Below are positions 51,601 to 63,176 of a stretch of DNA of 64,000 nucleotides, piece after piece. The DNA lies in NCBI GenBank assembly GCA_965649765.1, contig OZ287749.1, forward strand, positions 65,844,001 through 65,908,000. The letters run 5' to 3'. Below the pieces are notes generated by a model. It did not search any database. It was not told where the DNA came from and saw only the letters and a list, made by a program, of their open reading frames with translations. The first letter of the stretch is position 1, and each line of letters starts with the position of its first letter. Position numbers and translations under genes: made by a program. The DNA is from Bispira polyomma. Lineage: Eukaryota.

Positions 51601-54600
51601 TTTCTACAATAGGTTCCTTGCAAAACTAATGCTCAATGTCAACAAAGAGTATTGCCTATGCTATGATAAAAATAGTGTTGGATACCAATGTAATAGAATA
51701 GGTCATTAACTTTCTTGTCAATAATTAGTTCACCTGTCACAATGTTACATTTGTATTTTAAATAATGTGTTACTTGAATTATTAATAAATCTGCCAACTG
51801 ATCCATTTTGGGGGTGGATTCAACATATTTGACCCTCAGTATTATTGGGAAGTGACACTGGGCATTTATCAATTCACTGAACATCATTAAAAGCTCATAG
51901 AGTTGTACAGCTACTTTTTACTCAAACAATGTGTACCAAATATTTGAAGCTTGGAAGGAATATATAATACAATTATTTTATAACATGGCTGTGATCAAAG
52001 ATCAACAGAAAGTAAAGGTGTGCAAAAATATGTATCGGTTTTCAGGGAAATTGTGAGATCTGAGGAAATTAGAAATAATTCAAAGGAAAGAAGTCGTCAT
52101 ATATTGATTGTAAGCTCCTTGAAAAATTGAAATAATACAGACAAATTAGTAGTTGTCTTAAATCAGGGTGAGTCATAAACAGTGTGATATCGTGTTATTT
52201 AAATGATTCAATCTATTTTCAATAAATGAAATAAAGTTGAGAAAAAAATAAATGTAAAAATTCTTAAAAGCTGGTCTATTTTACTCACACGAAATTTAAC
52301 CTTTGCTTTCTAAATGCATTGTTAAATAAAATAAATAGTGTACATTAATTATATATAAACTAAACTGTAACTCGACCATTAATACACACTTAGTTTCTTC
52401 ACACTTAAACTGTAGCATTTAATAGATATTGACAGTGGGCCTTATGTGTAGGCTTAATTATTTGTACAAAGGCTTGTGTGGGTGTTATGCACTAACATTT
52501 ATAAATATATGCAGCATTTAATTGAATTATTTCTCGAAGTGAGGCCGTGTTGTAGGTAGTATACCTCCACAGATATCTTTCTGATTAAATTAAGTATTCT
52601 CTGCATTGCAGGTATTAAACTGACTTATCAATTTAGTTACAATTCACAGGTTTGACACATTGTATAGATCATCATATCACAACGGGTAGTTTCGGTGCTA
52701 GAGGAAATCAGTGTAACCTAGTTGGTCAAGATTCTGCACTAGAAACCAGCGACCATCTACATGTAACTGGAAACTTTCCCATTTAAAGCCCCGGTTAAGA
52801 TTCAAACTGTGAACCATAGAGCTGGGAGGCAAGTGCGTTAGGATATTTGCCTTGGATATCTAAACCATAAAACAACTGGAAACACTACATTGGCACCATA
52901 TTTAACTGCAGTTTGTTTGCTTTTAAAGTATTTGGGAGTATAAACTATAAATCATTGTATTTGGTCACAACTTTTACGGTAATCTTTGACAAAGGACATT
53001 TAATTGACACTATATTAAAAGAAAAATTAAAAATATTATGCAAAAATAGTGCACACAATTTAAAATTTCATTTTATGCAAATAGAATATCTATATTCTTG
53101 AATTGTACCATCAGTAAAATCAACGCATCATGCTCATGGGACAGAAACTCAGTCTATGGTGGAGGCAATCAAGTTTCCCACATGCAAGGCCAGGGTCGAG
53201 ATTTGAACCCTTAACTGTTTGAGGTGGGAGGCCAGTATATTTCAACTACACCACAGAGACCCTCGCCCGTTAAAAATAGGAAGACATACTGCACGGAGTA
53301 AAAAAATTAATTTGACTTCTCAAACTTATTGCACTGTTTCTTCTTGTTTTCATGCCACACAATGAGTGTGTGTACAGTCTTACCTGGGTATCAAAGAAGT
53401 GATCATCCTCCTGTTGACTAGCTGGCCGACTGTTCTTCCTGGTCTGGGGGTCAGTCTGTTCCCTCCTTAGTGCTGACCTCTGTAATCTCACACTGCCGGT
53501 CAGAGAAGGGGCCGGAGTTTTGGAGCGCAGCTTTTGATTCTTGTCGATCCCTGAGTAATCTGTGCACGGACTGTCTGGGATCTCCTTATAAGGAAAGAAA
53601 TGATATATTGGTGTAAGCCCCTTAGTCGTGTTATATCAGGTGGAGCATTTTAAAATTATTACCTTTTACACACTTTTCGCTGGTAATTTCAGATTACCCT
53701 CTTTCCCTGGGGTAGTCTGTATGGTAGGTTGAAAGAGGATAAAAAGTGATCATCCAATTTAATTTTTTAGGTTCTAAGAGCCGGCCGGATAGGATCTAAT
53801 CCAATCAAGGACAATAGCATTTAGTCCAAACCACTGTTTAACGGTGTCCAATAGTAAACTGTGGTCAATGGCATCAAAAGATGGTGATATTTCTAGAAGG
53901 CTAAGGGCAACAGTTTCATCACAGTCCAAGGTAATGGCGATAGAAAATAGGCGCTTTTGGTGGAGTGAAACTTTCTGTAACCAGAATGGTGTGAGTTTGC
54001 AAAGTTTTGTGGGTTGAGGTGGTCAGAGTTTTATTTTGGGACAACTTTCACAATTAGTTTAGAGTCAAAGCTGAGGTTAGAGTCTGGGCTGTAATTTTTC
54101 AGCTCATTTTTGTCAAGCCCTGATTATTTCAGCACAGGAAAAGCAATGTTAAATAAAGAGGGGAAAATACCATTACAATAGTGAAAAATGAATAATATTG
54201 GTAATAGCAGTAATTAGAGTGTGCAGCCATGCAGTGAAAATAATGGCAGGGACAGGATCCACTTTGCAGGATTTGATAGAACAGGACATTATGAGGGAGA
54301 CCATTTTATGAGTGAGAACATCATTTTCACGAAGTATGTGGAACAGAATTGACACATTGTTAAAAAGCCATCCAAGAATTTGTGTTAACTGTGTGTTAAA
54401 AGTGTTACTCATTGATTTAATTAGGCATGACAGAAATTGATATTGATGTGGAAAAGGTTCCTCAGAATACATTCATATAGGCCTGAATCTGTGTAGTATG
54501 TTGTGACTTTGTTGTCATTTTAGGAATTCTAAGGAAAAGGCGTGTTGCTGCATATATATGTTCTCTGTGAGGGAACAATTTTATCTAGAAAGACAATTTC

Positions 54601-56846
54601 TTTTATAATAAACATGTCTATATTTGAGATTACACAGAAAGTACATATCTGTTTTGTCATTCATAGTATCTGTTGAAAATAGTTTTACTTATCTCTAAAT
54701 TTATTCATTTTAATTAACTATCCATGATTTGTTAATTATTTTTCTTTGGAAAATGTTAATAATAGGCTTTTTATTTAAAAATAGTGGTTTATGGGTGCAT
54801 CAGTCGTTTCCTAAGGGCCTCTCTTGATAGGTGGAATTGTATAGATTTATTATCAAAAGTAGCAAGGAACACACTAATTTCCAGCTCAACCAGTCTGTTC
54901 AACCCAAAATTCAGCAGATTCTTCATGCTCCATTCCTCTAATAAACCTTGTGTAAGTTGGATCTATAAGTTGGTTTTGTGTAACTTGGTTCTATAAGTCG
55001 GTTCTGTGTAATTTGGTTCTATACGTCTGTTTAGTGTAAAGGGGGGGTTCCACATCCAAGTTCGATCAAAATGGGCCCGATTTTAAAGTCGGGAAGGTCG
55101 GGGCGAAAAAATCAATAAAATCCATTTTTGGGCGGGAAAATTCATGTGTGGGGTGGCCTTCCCGATCGAACGGGACGCTAACCCCGATCTTACCTGAACC
55201 AGGATAGGATCAAACTTACTAGTGATAGGATCTGATGTATTGCCCTAGGATCGAACGTATCGCCAATAGGATCTCACGGATTTAGATCCCCGACCATAAA
55301 GATCGAACGTAGAAAAGTCAAAGTCGGGACTGTTATTGTATATAAATATAGATGACAAACGAGGTGTACTTAATGAAATAAAAGAAATAATACCTGTTTA
55401 GACCTCATTTTTGATGGAAGTTTGTTGTAAATAACACCAAGTAAATTCATCGTTCGCGTACATGAACTGTACCAGAAGTGGGTTTGATGTCGCAAAGGTA
55501 AGGTAAACTTTGAAACTGATTTCCGTTATGAAAACTAACAAAATGACAAACTAGGTTCAAAATATGTGTCTATATTCTTCTTGACCTTCCAGACCACCCC
55601 AATTTCGCCCCCCCTCCCGACCTATACGTTTCAACGGGCCAGCATTAGGACAGGCCGGTAGTGCACCCCGACTTATCCGACAGAACGTATCGCCAATAGG
55701 ATCGAACGTATTGATGGTCCTGATTTTGAGGTTCGGGACCAAAAGTCGGGACCATTTTCAAAATATCTAATTTTTTTTACATTCTTCCCGACCTTCCCGA
55801 CCACCTCATTTTTGCTCCTCAACCTCCCCGTACGTGTCCCCGACCTCAAAATCGGGAAGGTCAGGGAGCAAATCCTGAATGTGGAACCCCCACTTAAGTC
55901 GGTTCTATAAATCAGTTTTATTCATCAAAGACTGAAGGGGGGTTCCATATTCAAGTTCGATTGGCAAAATGGGCCATATTTTAAAGTTGACTTTACTATT
56001 TATAATTAATTATATTTTGTATGTAAAGGTTATATAAATGTTAAAAAAAATTTAATTAAAATCTAAAACAACCTCAGTCTTATTCTTGAATCAATGTGGT
56101 GTATGAAAGTTAAATTTGGTACATTTACTTGTCCATTTCACGAAATTGACAATTTTCTTACACATTTCACGAAATAGGCAATTTCATGGATTGGGTGTAA
56201 CATATTTATAATTTACTGTCACAGATAAAGTTGAAGTTATGTATAGAGGTCTAACTCTTAGTTATATCCGCTTTCCATATGAGTCCTACGTGAGCTGAAC
56301 AGAGACCACTTAGCCGTGATAGCTGTTGATAAACTTGCCGTAGGTTGTGCTTAGATGGCGCCAACTCTGGGGACACTTGGCGCACCACCTATCAAACTGG
56401 TGTCAATCTGGGTACCTACTGTTAGACTCCAAGTCAAACCTGACAAGCTTATGGTCAACTCTGCTAGCCTTGGCTTGGCTTTTGGCATTATCTACAGGCA
56501 TACATATATAAGTTATCATGAATTCCCAAAAATTTTGCAGAATAAGAGCTCTTTCATGAGCTTTGCTGAGTTAACTCGACATTATAAACTCTGCTTTTAA
56601 CTTGGGAAGGTGTGATATTTTGTTTAACACTTTTAAACTAGTCATCAGTATATATGAAGCTATAATCTTTAACTATTAGAGAGATATTTTAAAATTTTTA
56701 AAGTGTATAAATGTTGTAACTTGAGACAGTTTCAATTTGATGCTTACCTTCTCATCTTCTAGGGCAGATGTTTCCTGGGCTGGTGATTTTGGAGTCTGGA
56801 CACGGGCGGGTGTTTTGGCACGCGGTGGAGTTTTAGCAGACGGCAT
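42510..56846 (-). CDS. LRRC74: LRRC74-like leucine-rich-repeat protein with two C-terminal EF-hands (isoform using proximal terminal exon A)
   Basis: Exons 56846-56748, 53584-53384, ~50919-50760, 49256-49075, 47425-47318, 46972-46829, 46460-46098, 45648-45553, 45381-45209, 44589-44487, 44145-44060, 42687-42510 with GT-AG and matching phases; GYDTDLE, YI.EC..MGVIPVSFF, MKHHGLGPLGAKAIA, RI-like LRRs (LDLEGNDIG, LDLSGNHF, LDLSWNKI), EF loops DKDNSWSVDRDE and DQDGDGEIDYGE; in-frame stop upstream of ATG. Acceptor of exon 3 is uncertain. Confidence 0.88.
44060..44145 (-). CDS. LRRC74: LRRC74-like exon 11 (EF-hand 2, incomplete loop)
   Basis: STGIEMSEAEIDKLILTLDQDGDGEIDY-GG|GTATGT, phase 2 donor. 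Confidence 0.9.
44487..44589 (-). CDS. LRRC74: LRRC74-like exon 10 (EF-hand 1)
   Basis: LRLVDLFRQFDKDNSWSVDRDEFIAGVK; ttcag / GTAAGG. Confidence 0.9.
45209..45381 (-). CDS. LRRC74: LRRC74-like exon 9 (NVIVMDEF...DPMTKLK)
   Basis: ctccag / GTTGGT; inside ORF 44980..45516. Confidence 0.85.
45553..45648 (-). CDS. LRRC74: LRRC74-like exon 8 (LGRNPITANGA...LLDLT)
   Basis: gacag / GTAAGT, phase 0-0. Confidence 0.9.
45870..46046 (-). mobile_element. tRNA-derived SINE-like fragment (same family as 40340-40540)
   Basis: Shared ttttaacagcttagg..atat..cgatggccagattta block and cagtggtctagtggtc head. Confidence 0.6.
46098..46460 (-). CDS. LRRC74: LRRC74-like exon 7 (four LRRs)
   Basis: 363-nt exon containing ORF 46077..46409; ttcag / GTATGT. 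Confidence 0.92.
46829..46972 (-). CDS. LRRC74: LRRC74-like exon 6 (LRR)
   Basis: NLSENDLGSEGA...LDLSGNHF; tttag / GTAGGT. Confidence 0.9.
47318..47425 (-). CDS. LRRC74: LRRC74-like exon 5 (LRR)
   Basis: NNTKIESLDLEGNDIGGEG; tacag / GTAAGT. Confidence 0.9.
47755..48000 (+). mobile_element. tRNA-derived SINE-like fragment
   Basis: ggcctctgtggcctagcggttagagtg A-box head followed by caaggttcttgacacaaatttgtcactctctatcca CORE-like block. Confidence 0.5.
49075..49256 (-). CDS. LRRC74: LRRC74-like exon 4 (GVIPVSFF...HHGLGPLGAKAIA)
   Basis: Family signature motif; acacag acceptor, GTAGGT donor. Confidence 0.9.
49840..50110. repeat. Degenerate ~63-bp tandem repeat (also ~49385-49545)
   Basis: tattcctaaacataggaaccacatt.gattgggt..tgagtgtagtt units. 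Confidence 0.7.
50245..50495. repeat. 125-bp tandem duplication
   Basis: cactagtgctaattatt...tgtgcaaatataagtatattt twice. Confidence 0.9.
50760..50919 (-). CDS. LRRC74: LRRC74-like exon 3 (two GYD[ST]DLE motifs)
   Basis: Part of ORF 50752..50967; donor G|GTATTT at 50759; acceptor position uncertain (50919 phase 0 or 50912 phase 1). Confidence 0.7.
53150..53268 (-). mobile_element. tRNA-derived SINE-like fragment (related fragment at ~52690-52845)
   Basis: Minus strand gtctctgtggtgtagttg...gcctcccacctc...gggttcaaatctcgaccctggccttgcatgtgggaaa. Confidence 0.5.
53384..53584 (-). CDS. LRRC74: LRRC74-like exon 2 (EIPDSP...HFFDTQ)
   Basis: 201-nt open phase-0 exon, CAG|GTAAGA donor. Confidence 0.72.
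53780..54345 (-). mobile_element. Degraded CR1/L2-clade LINE RT fragment
   Basis: KSCKVDPVP, LITAITNII..SL, GLDKNELKNY.P.SNLSF.SKL, SGYRKFHST, ALLEISPSFDAIDHSLL remnants. Confidence 0.7.
55040..55894. mobile_element. Non-autonomous Harbinger related to 16822-23361; extra terminal fragment at ~55935-55990
   Basis: TIRs agggggggttccacat / atgtggaacccccact; TAA TSD; same gatcgaacgtatcgccaatag and gtcgggaaggt subterminal motifs. Confidence 0.88.
56748..56846 (-). CDS. LRRC74: LRRC74-like first coding exon (MPSAKTPPRAKTPARVQTPKSP...)
   Basis: AAAA-ATG after an acceptor at 56919, upstream in-frame TGA, AAG|GTAAGC donor. Confidence 0.7.
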
Positions 56847-58431
56847 TTTTGCTAAGTTTTGTGTGCAGTTGTTTTCTAAAGTTCTTCAATGTATAACTGG
56901 TGTACGTCCAAGTAATGGACTGCAAATAATAAAATTCTATTTATTGTATGCAAATCCTCCTGGTATTTAATTTGTTGTTGTCTCTGCCTTCAGGTGTTCC
57001 TACCACTATACACTGTCTAATTAGGTGATTAACATTCCCATAGGATTATTACAGTATCATTAATTGTCAAGGTCAAACTTCTAGGTACACTTTAACAGAG
57101 CCATCCTATAGAACACTGTTGTTACATTGTCTATATTCCAGTGATGTTTGATCATAATCCATTTTTCTTTTTTAAAGTGTTAATTCAGTTTCCATCCTTG
57201 CTTATATATATCTATCATAAATCATATGAGTTACAACAGTTCCAGAAGTAGAATCTAGATATGTAAATATAACTGTAAATTTAGACCCTATAGATGGGTT
57301 TTTGTCTGTGTGAACTCATTGCATGTTTAAAGACATAAAAGGCCTCTTTTATGCTTCATAAACAAATCATAACAAACTCCACAATGGCTTCTGTAGTTCT
57401 AAGCACTTTTTTCTACTTTTCTGCAAAGCTTTTTTTTCCTTAATATTCCATTATCAACCCAATATATAACTAGAAGTGTCTTCCTATTTTATCTCTATTT
57501 TCTCTTGTGGTTTTAGTAAAGTGCTGATTTTCTTTTTTTTTTCGAGTTTGTTATTAGTTTTATTATCCTTTTTCAAAGAATCTGTGTGAAAGAGTAAATA
57601 TTTATCTTATCAACAAACCTCTAAACGACCTAATGATTTTGTCCTGTTTTTCTTCTGTTGTTATTAAATATCCAGACCTTTTACTAATAACAGTTACTAC
57701 TTCTAGAATATATTAATATATTTTTATATATGTCTCCCCCAACTTCTATCTGGACCTCACTGTGTGGTGGAGGAAACGTGTGTCAATGTGGTATATATTT
57801 CTTTTTTTTCTATTACTTCTTAATGATCTGGTGTATAAACTGGTGTGTATATATATAAATAAAAAGACTCTATATGTTCTTTGAGAGCTGGTATATATTG
57901 AGTGATCCAGTGGACATTTTGTGCACAAAAAGACACCAAATCACAACCTGAAACTCTTTATAGTTTTCACTTAAACTAACTCATATTACAGACAATTAAA
58001 TTTCTCAAAATTCCTTATATTACATCAAAGCAAGATCTCTATTTTCTGAATTTGATACTACACCTAAACCCTTTTTGTAACTTGAATTTTATACATATAT
58101 CATTTTAAATTCTGTTTTTTAGCATAACAAAACTTTTTCATAATATAACACAGTATATTACTATTAATTTGAAAGAGTTTAAGATCTTAAGGTAGGTAGA
58201 ACTCTACGTTCCCTTGGGGCCATCATAATTGATATAAAGACATATTGGGAAATATTGGAGTTAAGCTTTATGAGAGGCTCTTTGGGTCTTTGTGGTAGAA
58301 TGTTTTGAAAGCTTTTATTATGTCTACCGGCTTGAGCCTATCATCCTACATATAAAACTTACTTAAATCCTATAACAAAGTGGATGTGAATAATCCAAGG
58401 ATCCATAAAGATTTACAGGGGGATTTGTGGG

Positions 58432-58433
<2 letters not shown>

Positions 58434-58510
<77 letters not shown>
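58434..58510. repeat. (TA)n microsatellite (shorter one at 7474-7497)
   Basis: Pure TA run of ~38 units. Confidence 0.98.
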
Positions 58511-58514
<4 letters not shown>

Positions 58515-60444
58515 ATGTTACTGTGGGTTCTGTGTGGTGGTGAATTGAGTGCGAGTGTGTGTGTGTGGGGGTGGGTGGGGGGTGGTATTTCGTTCGGAAA
58601 ATTGTAACTATAAATTAATTTAAAATTATTTCCCGTAGCTAGAGAAAATTTAAAATTGAATTTATCTTGTAATTAAAACTGACCAACGATGAAAATTATT
58701 TTCTTCTGTGATGGAATCCATGTTAATAATCCATGCTAGTCTTTCTGATGCCTGTGTATATGAGAAAGGTTAGAATGATCTATTTGGTTTATTAATTTAT
58801 TCATTTGCCTGGATGGACATGCTGTCAGGCTCAAACTGGGTGAAAAATCAAATATATAAAGCAATACTGCAAAAGTACAAGTTTTTTAGTAACTTTGCTG
58901 TGTGGATATTTCAAAACATTGTTTTGGGAACGACAAATCAATACTGTTTAAACTATCAAAAAGGAAATAGAAAACTGTCTTTTAAGACCCAGTTTGAACT
59001 AAACCTAAAGTCATAGGTCAACTTCGATCAATCCATTAAACTCCCTGACCATTGTATCCTGTACAAATTACAAAAAAATACAATGTTCTTGAAGCAGTTA
59101 AGTATATATTGTAGGAAGATATTGTAACAAGTTTAATGGAATTCCATTTTGAAATATGACACAAAATATTTAAAAAAAATAGACATTAATGACCACCGTT
59201 CAACTTCGAACCTTAAATAAGTAATGGTACCACAGTCCAAGGTCAAACTTAGTTAACATAATATAGAACATTTGAAGCTATTGATCGCTGAACACTTAGT
59301 GTAATAAGTGATATATTTTAACAGAGTTTTTACAGAGTGAAATGACTTCGACCAGAAAGAGGAAGTTCCAAAATATACACACTAAAAATGAATGCATCTA
59401 GACTTTATCAATTCATTGGCGCATTTTTTAGAAATCTAAAGCCCCAGTCACACAGCGCTTACGACCAGTTAGAGAGCTGCTGCGACCTTAAAATCATGTT
59501 AGGTTGCTGGAAGTCTCTAGTGATCATAAACCACTTGTGCGTTCATTCCTTAGAGGTTGCTGGAGGTTCTGCTAGATCCTTGAAAATATTATAATGGTTT
59601 TGTTTGTATAGAGATTACCTGAATTACAAGTGATTCCTCTCTACACTTCAAAAGGTTGCTGGAGGTCTTTGTTTGATCTCCGACTGATCTGCAACCGGTT
59701 CCTTAAAAGGTGCCACCTTCGAGCCACAACTCACCAAAGGTTTTTGTTTGTCTTTAACAGGTCTTTGATATTTTTTAATCGGGAACCTATCTGACATCTG
59801 TTTTCGACAAGTCTGAAGATCACTTGTCGATCTGAAAACTAATCTTTAGTAATCCAGGGCAGCGACTAATCTTAAATCAGTTGTACAAACAATCCCCGAG
59901 TGATCTCCCCACCTGTCGCCGACATATCAAACATCAATAGAAAATCCCCGATCGCTTTTTACTGATTTCTATTCAGTCTGCCACCAGTCTGCCATCAATC
60001 CCCGAGTAGTCTCACCACCTATTGCTGTCCAATCAAATTATCGCAGAACGCTTGTAAAATCCAGCATTTATAGCCAGATCAGTATGCTCCTCGAGGGGTC
60101 TGCGATGGACGTGCCCCCTGTAGGAACCACTGTTTGACAAACGGTGAGTAGTCTTTGATAGTCGCACGACGATCTCAGACTGGACAAAGACAGTCGCACG
60201 GAGGTCTTTGCTTGTCACCGACCATCGCACAACTAGTCCATACAGATCCCACATGAAAGCTACAAGCTCCACAGGGCTGCCGTGGATCGGAAGTTAGCCA
60301 CCGTAAAAGTGGTAGGCAACTGGTGGCCAACCACCAAAAAGCTAAAAATATGTGTAACTGCAACCAGACGTCTTGCAAAGATCCTAGGGAATCGCTAGTG
60401 ATCAGTGGTTTTTCTTTGATTTTAAGGTTGCAGCAGCTCTCTAA

Positions 60445-61142
60445 GCCTACGCTTCCTTTCAGCATGTTTTTATCGGCCGACGTCGGCTGATTTTTTCCCT
60501 CATTACAAAAAACAACCAAATGCTTCCTTTCAGCAGATTTGCATCAGATCCGATCAGACGTCGGCTGACGTCTGTTTGGCCAACATATTTTATCTCTCAC
60601 GGAGGGAAAAAATCGGGAGGACTGTCCGATTTTGAAACAAAAATGTCTGCAAAAATGACATCATAGGTACAGTTTTCATCCTATTCATACTCAATATTCG
60701 TCAGATGTTGATGTTAAAAATGGCATGAGAAAGGTTATTTTATTGTGATTACTATGCCTTTTTCCCCACCAAAATCCGTTAAGAAACGGCTCAGATATTT
60801 AAGGTTATAGATGGGTACCCCATCTAACTTCCCTTCTACAGTAAATAATACGTCACGGTGACGTCATAATGACGTCAGTTTTGCAGCTATGTCACGATTC
60901 ACACATAAGCAAGTAAAAATGGGTACCCCTCTATAAAATTAAATATCTGAGCCGTTTCTTAACGAATTTTGGTGAAAAAAGAAGCACAGTAAACACAATA
61001 AAATAAGTTTTCTTATAACATTTTTAAATCAAACATCCGACGAATATTGGGTGTATATCTGATAAAAGGAAGCGCTACATTGGCCGACGTCGGACACACA
61101 CAAATCGGCCTACGTCGGAATATGTTGAAAGGAAGCGTAGGC
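60445..61142. mobile_element. Harbinger-type MITE inserted into the right TIR region of 59440-61174
   Basis: TIRs gcctacgcttcctttca / tgaaaggaagcgtaggc; flanks taa / tta; host TIR resumes exactly after it. Confidence 0.85.
60686..61055. mobile_element. Fold-back MITE with ~140-bp inverted arms, innermost insertion
   Basis: caatattcgtc.gatg...cgttaagaaacggctcagatatttaa...gggtaccc arm at 60690-60820 mirrored at 60920-61053. Confidence 0.85.
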
Positions 61143-61736
61143 TTACTGGTCGTGGGCGCTGTGTGACTGGGGCTAAACAAAATAAAATAGGTTGTTGAGT
61201 AATTTCTTAACACCTCTACACAATTTTCACTAAACCTTGTCACATAAAAATAAAGATTTGTTTGTTCATAAACGTTTTTTAAAATGGAGGAAAAAATGTA
61301 GCTTTAAAGAGACCTTTTTACACAATATAATAAAATTTGACATTAATAGATAGATTATGACAGTTAGAACGAAATAGTTTACAATAGTTTAGCAAAAGAT
61401 GGGATAAAGCCCCCAAACCCCTTGTCTGAAGTGAAGTTAGCGATGTCATATTGGCATTCTAGCCGCAAACCATGGTCATGCAGATAACTTGTGCTTTAGA
61501 AACGGTGTTCAGAATCAAACAAAAAACATACACAAGTCTTCGTATTAACAATAAATATTAACATCATATATAGATTACTATTTACAGATTGTATTGAACA
61601 AGCACTATCAAGCAACATTATAATCTGAAGTTAAAGTAATTATGCAACAAGCCCATATAATCACATGAGAACACTTTAAGACGTATTTCATATCTTTTGA
61701 CCAGACAGTCATATATAATGTCTGCTATAATATTCG

Positions 61737-63176
61737 TTAACTCCAGGACAGGAACTGTGCGTTGAATCCAGATTGTACTTGGCTCATGTCCACCTCATTC
61801 ATGATATCAGGAATGTCTAGAAATGTCGGAAACTGCACATCAAATGCTGGTAGTAAATCTGCTGTGGTCAATTTACTCGGAGACAGTGATTCTATTGGTG
61901 CACTGTAATTCTTGTCAGAAAATGCGCATGCGCTGTGGTCATTCTCCGATATTTGTTTGGCCTCAGCCTCGTTTCTGCACTGCATTTCTGGTGACGAGGA
62001 TTCCTCTGAAAGTTCGGTAGACAATCGCCTGCAAACATTAGTGATGTCGTCATTTCCTTCCTTGTTGTCGCTAAACTCTGGAAACAAACATATGTCATTG
62101 AACTGATCTAGGTCAAATGACGACATATAACAGTTTGCTGGTGAGGAATCAGTCCCCACTGGTATTGATTCACAGCTGTTTGTTGTTGCTGTTGTTTCAC
62201 TGGGCGAGACTGAGCACGTGCTAGAACCGGAAGGGGAAGTGTTCTCTTCTGTAGCACCATAATCTGTTTCACTACTAGGTGAGCTAGATTTGTCAGTGCT
62301 ACTTTTGCCTGACTTCTTACTGTTCTTGTTCCTTTTATATTTGTCCACTCTTCCTTCAAGCAGACGACATTTCCTCCTGAGAAGACTTCCACTTTCAAAC
62401 ATGCCTTCATATTCCTTGTCCAGGGTCCACAGGCAACCTTTGTCTCCCAGCCTCCTGCCGGCCTTCAAAAAGCAGTCATTTAAGGTCAGGTTGTGACGTA
62501 TGGCCCCGTGGAGTTTCCTGCTGTGCTGTTTATAGTAAGGGAACCTGTCTTCTATATAGTCTAGGATCTCCCTTAGAGTACACTTCCTGTTGGGGTTGTC
62601 TGCCATGGCCATGTTGATCATAGCTACATAACTATATGGAGGTTTCTTCTCCCCATATTTTTCTCTGTCTGCCTGTACTGTGGCAGAACCATCGTTGTTG
62701 TTCTCTCCAATGGCTTGTCTGAGGTCAAAGAAGTTCAAACTCAGGGGGTTGCTACTAACAACCGGTCGACTTCCGATACACGTCTGGCTGTCCCTGACCC
62801 TGTGTTCCCTCTGTACGGATGAGATGTCAGAGCTTGCCTGGTTCCCATACTCTGTCTGGGCTGTGTAGTAGTTTTGTGTTGTAGATTTTGCTGCCTGGTT
62901 CCCTATGGTGTTCTGGCTGGTAAATGCAGTAGGGTGAGAGACTGTACTTGGTATTCCTGTATAAATGGATGGTAGAGTTGACTCACCATACTGCTGTTGC
63001 TGCTGGTAACACTGTTGGAGTTGGACACCATATTGTACTGGCGTGTACTGATCAAATGCTGTCTGGTTGTTATACAATGGGTAACTATTACTAGACTGGT
63101 AACCAGGAGCTGTGGCTCCAGATTGAGACTGGTACCCTGTATAGCTTGGGTAACTAGACTGGTTAAAATACTGCAT
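61737..63176 (-). CDS. Intronless divergent forkhead-box transcription factor, 479 aa (class not assignable by eye)
   Basis: KPPYSYVAMINMAM...TLREILDYIEDRFPYY...IRHNLTLNDCFLK...KGCLWTLD...MFESGSLLRRK forkhead domain; Q/Y/S-rich N-terminus, acidic/Ser-rich C-terminus; AAAA-ATG context. Confidence 0.95.
   Translation of the reverse strand: MQYFNQSSYPSYTGYQSQSGATAPGYQSSNSYPLYNNQTAFDQYTPVQYGVQLQQCYQQQQQYGESTLPSIYTGIPSTVSHPTAFTSQNTIGNQAAKSTTQNYYTAQTEYGNQASSDISSVQREHRVRDSQTCIGSRPVVSSNPLSLNFFDLRQAIGENNNDGSATVQADREKYGEKKPPYSYVAMINMAMADNPNRKCTLREILDYIEDRFPYYKQHSRKLHGAIRHNLTLNDCFLKAGRRLGDKGCLWTLDKEYEGMFESGSLLRRKCRLLEGRVDKYKRNKNSKKSGKSSTDKSSSPSSETDYGATEENTSPSGSSTCSVSPSETTATTNSCESIPVGTDSSPANCYMSSFDLDQFNDICLFPEFSDNKEGNDDITNVCRRLSTELSEESSSPEMQCRNEAEAKQISENDHSACAFSDKNYSAPIESLSPSKLTTADLLPAFDVQFPTFLDIPDIMNEVDMSQVQSGFNAQFLSWS

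Larger units (their letters stand above)
59440..61174. mobile_element. Non-autonomous PIF/Harbinger-type element hosting two nested MITEs
   Basis: TIRs agccccagtcacacagcgc..acgaccag / ctggtcgt..gcgctgtgtgactggggct; flanks taa / aaa. Confidence 0.85.

Noticed and set aside
56217-56617. Possible solo LTR (TGTCACA...TGTGATA)
   Set aside because: No matching TSD and no second copy in the window
58380-58607. ORF with YIYIYI run
   Set aside because: Translation of a (TA)n microsatellite
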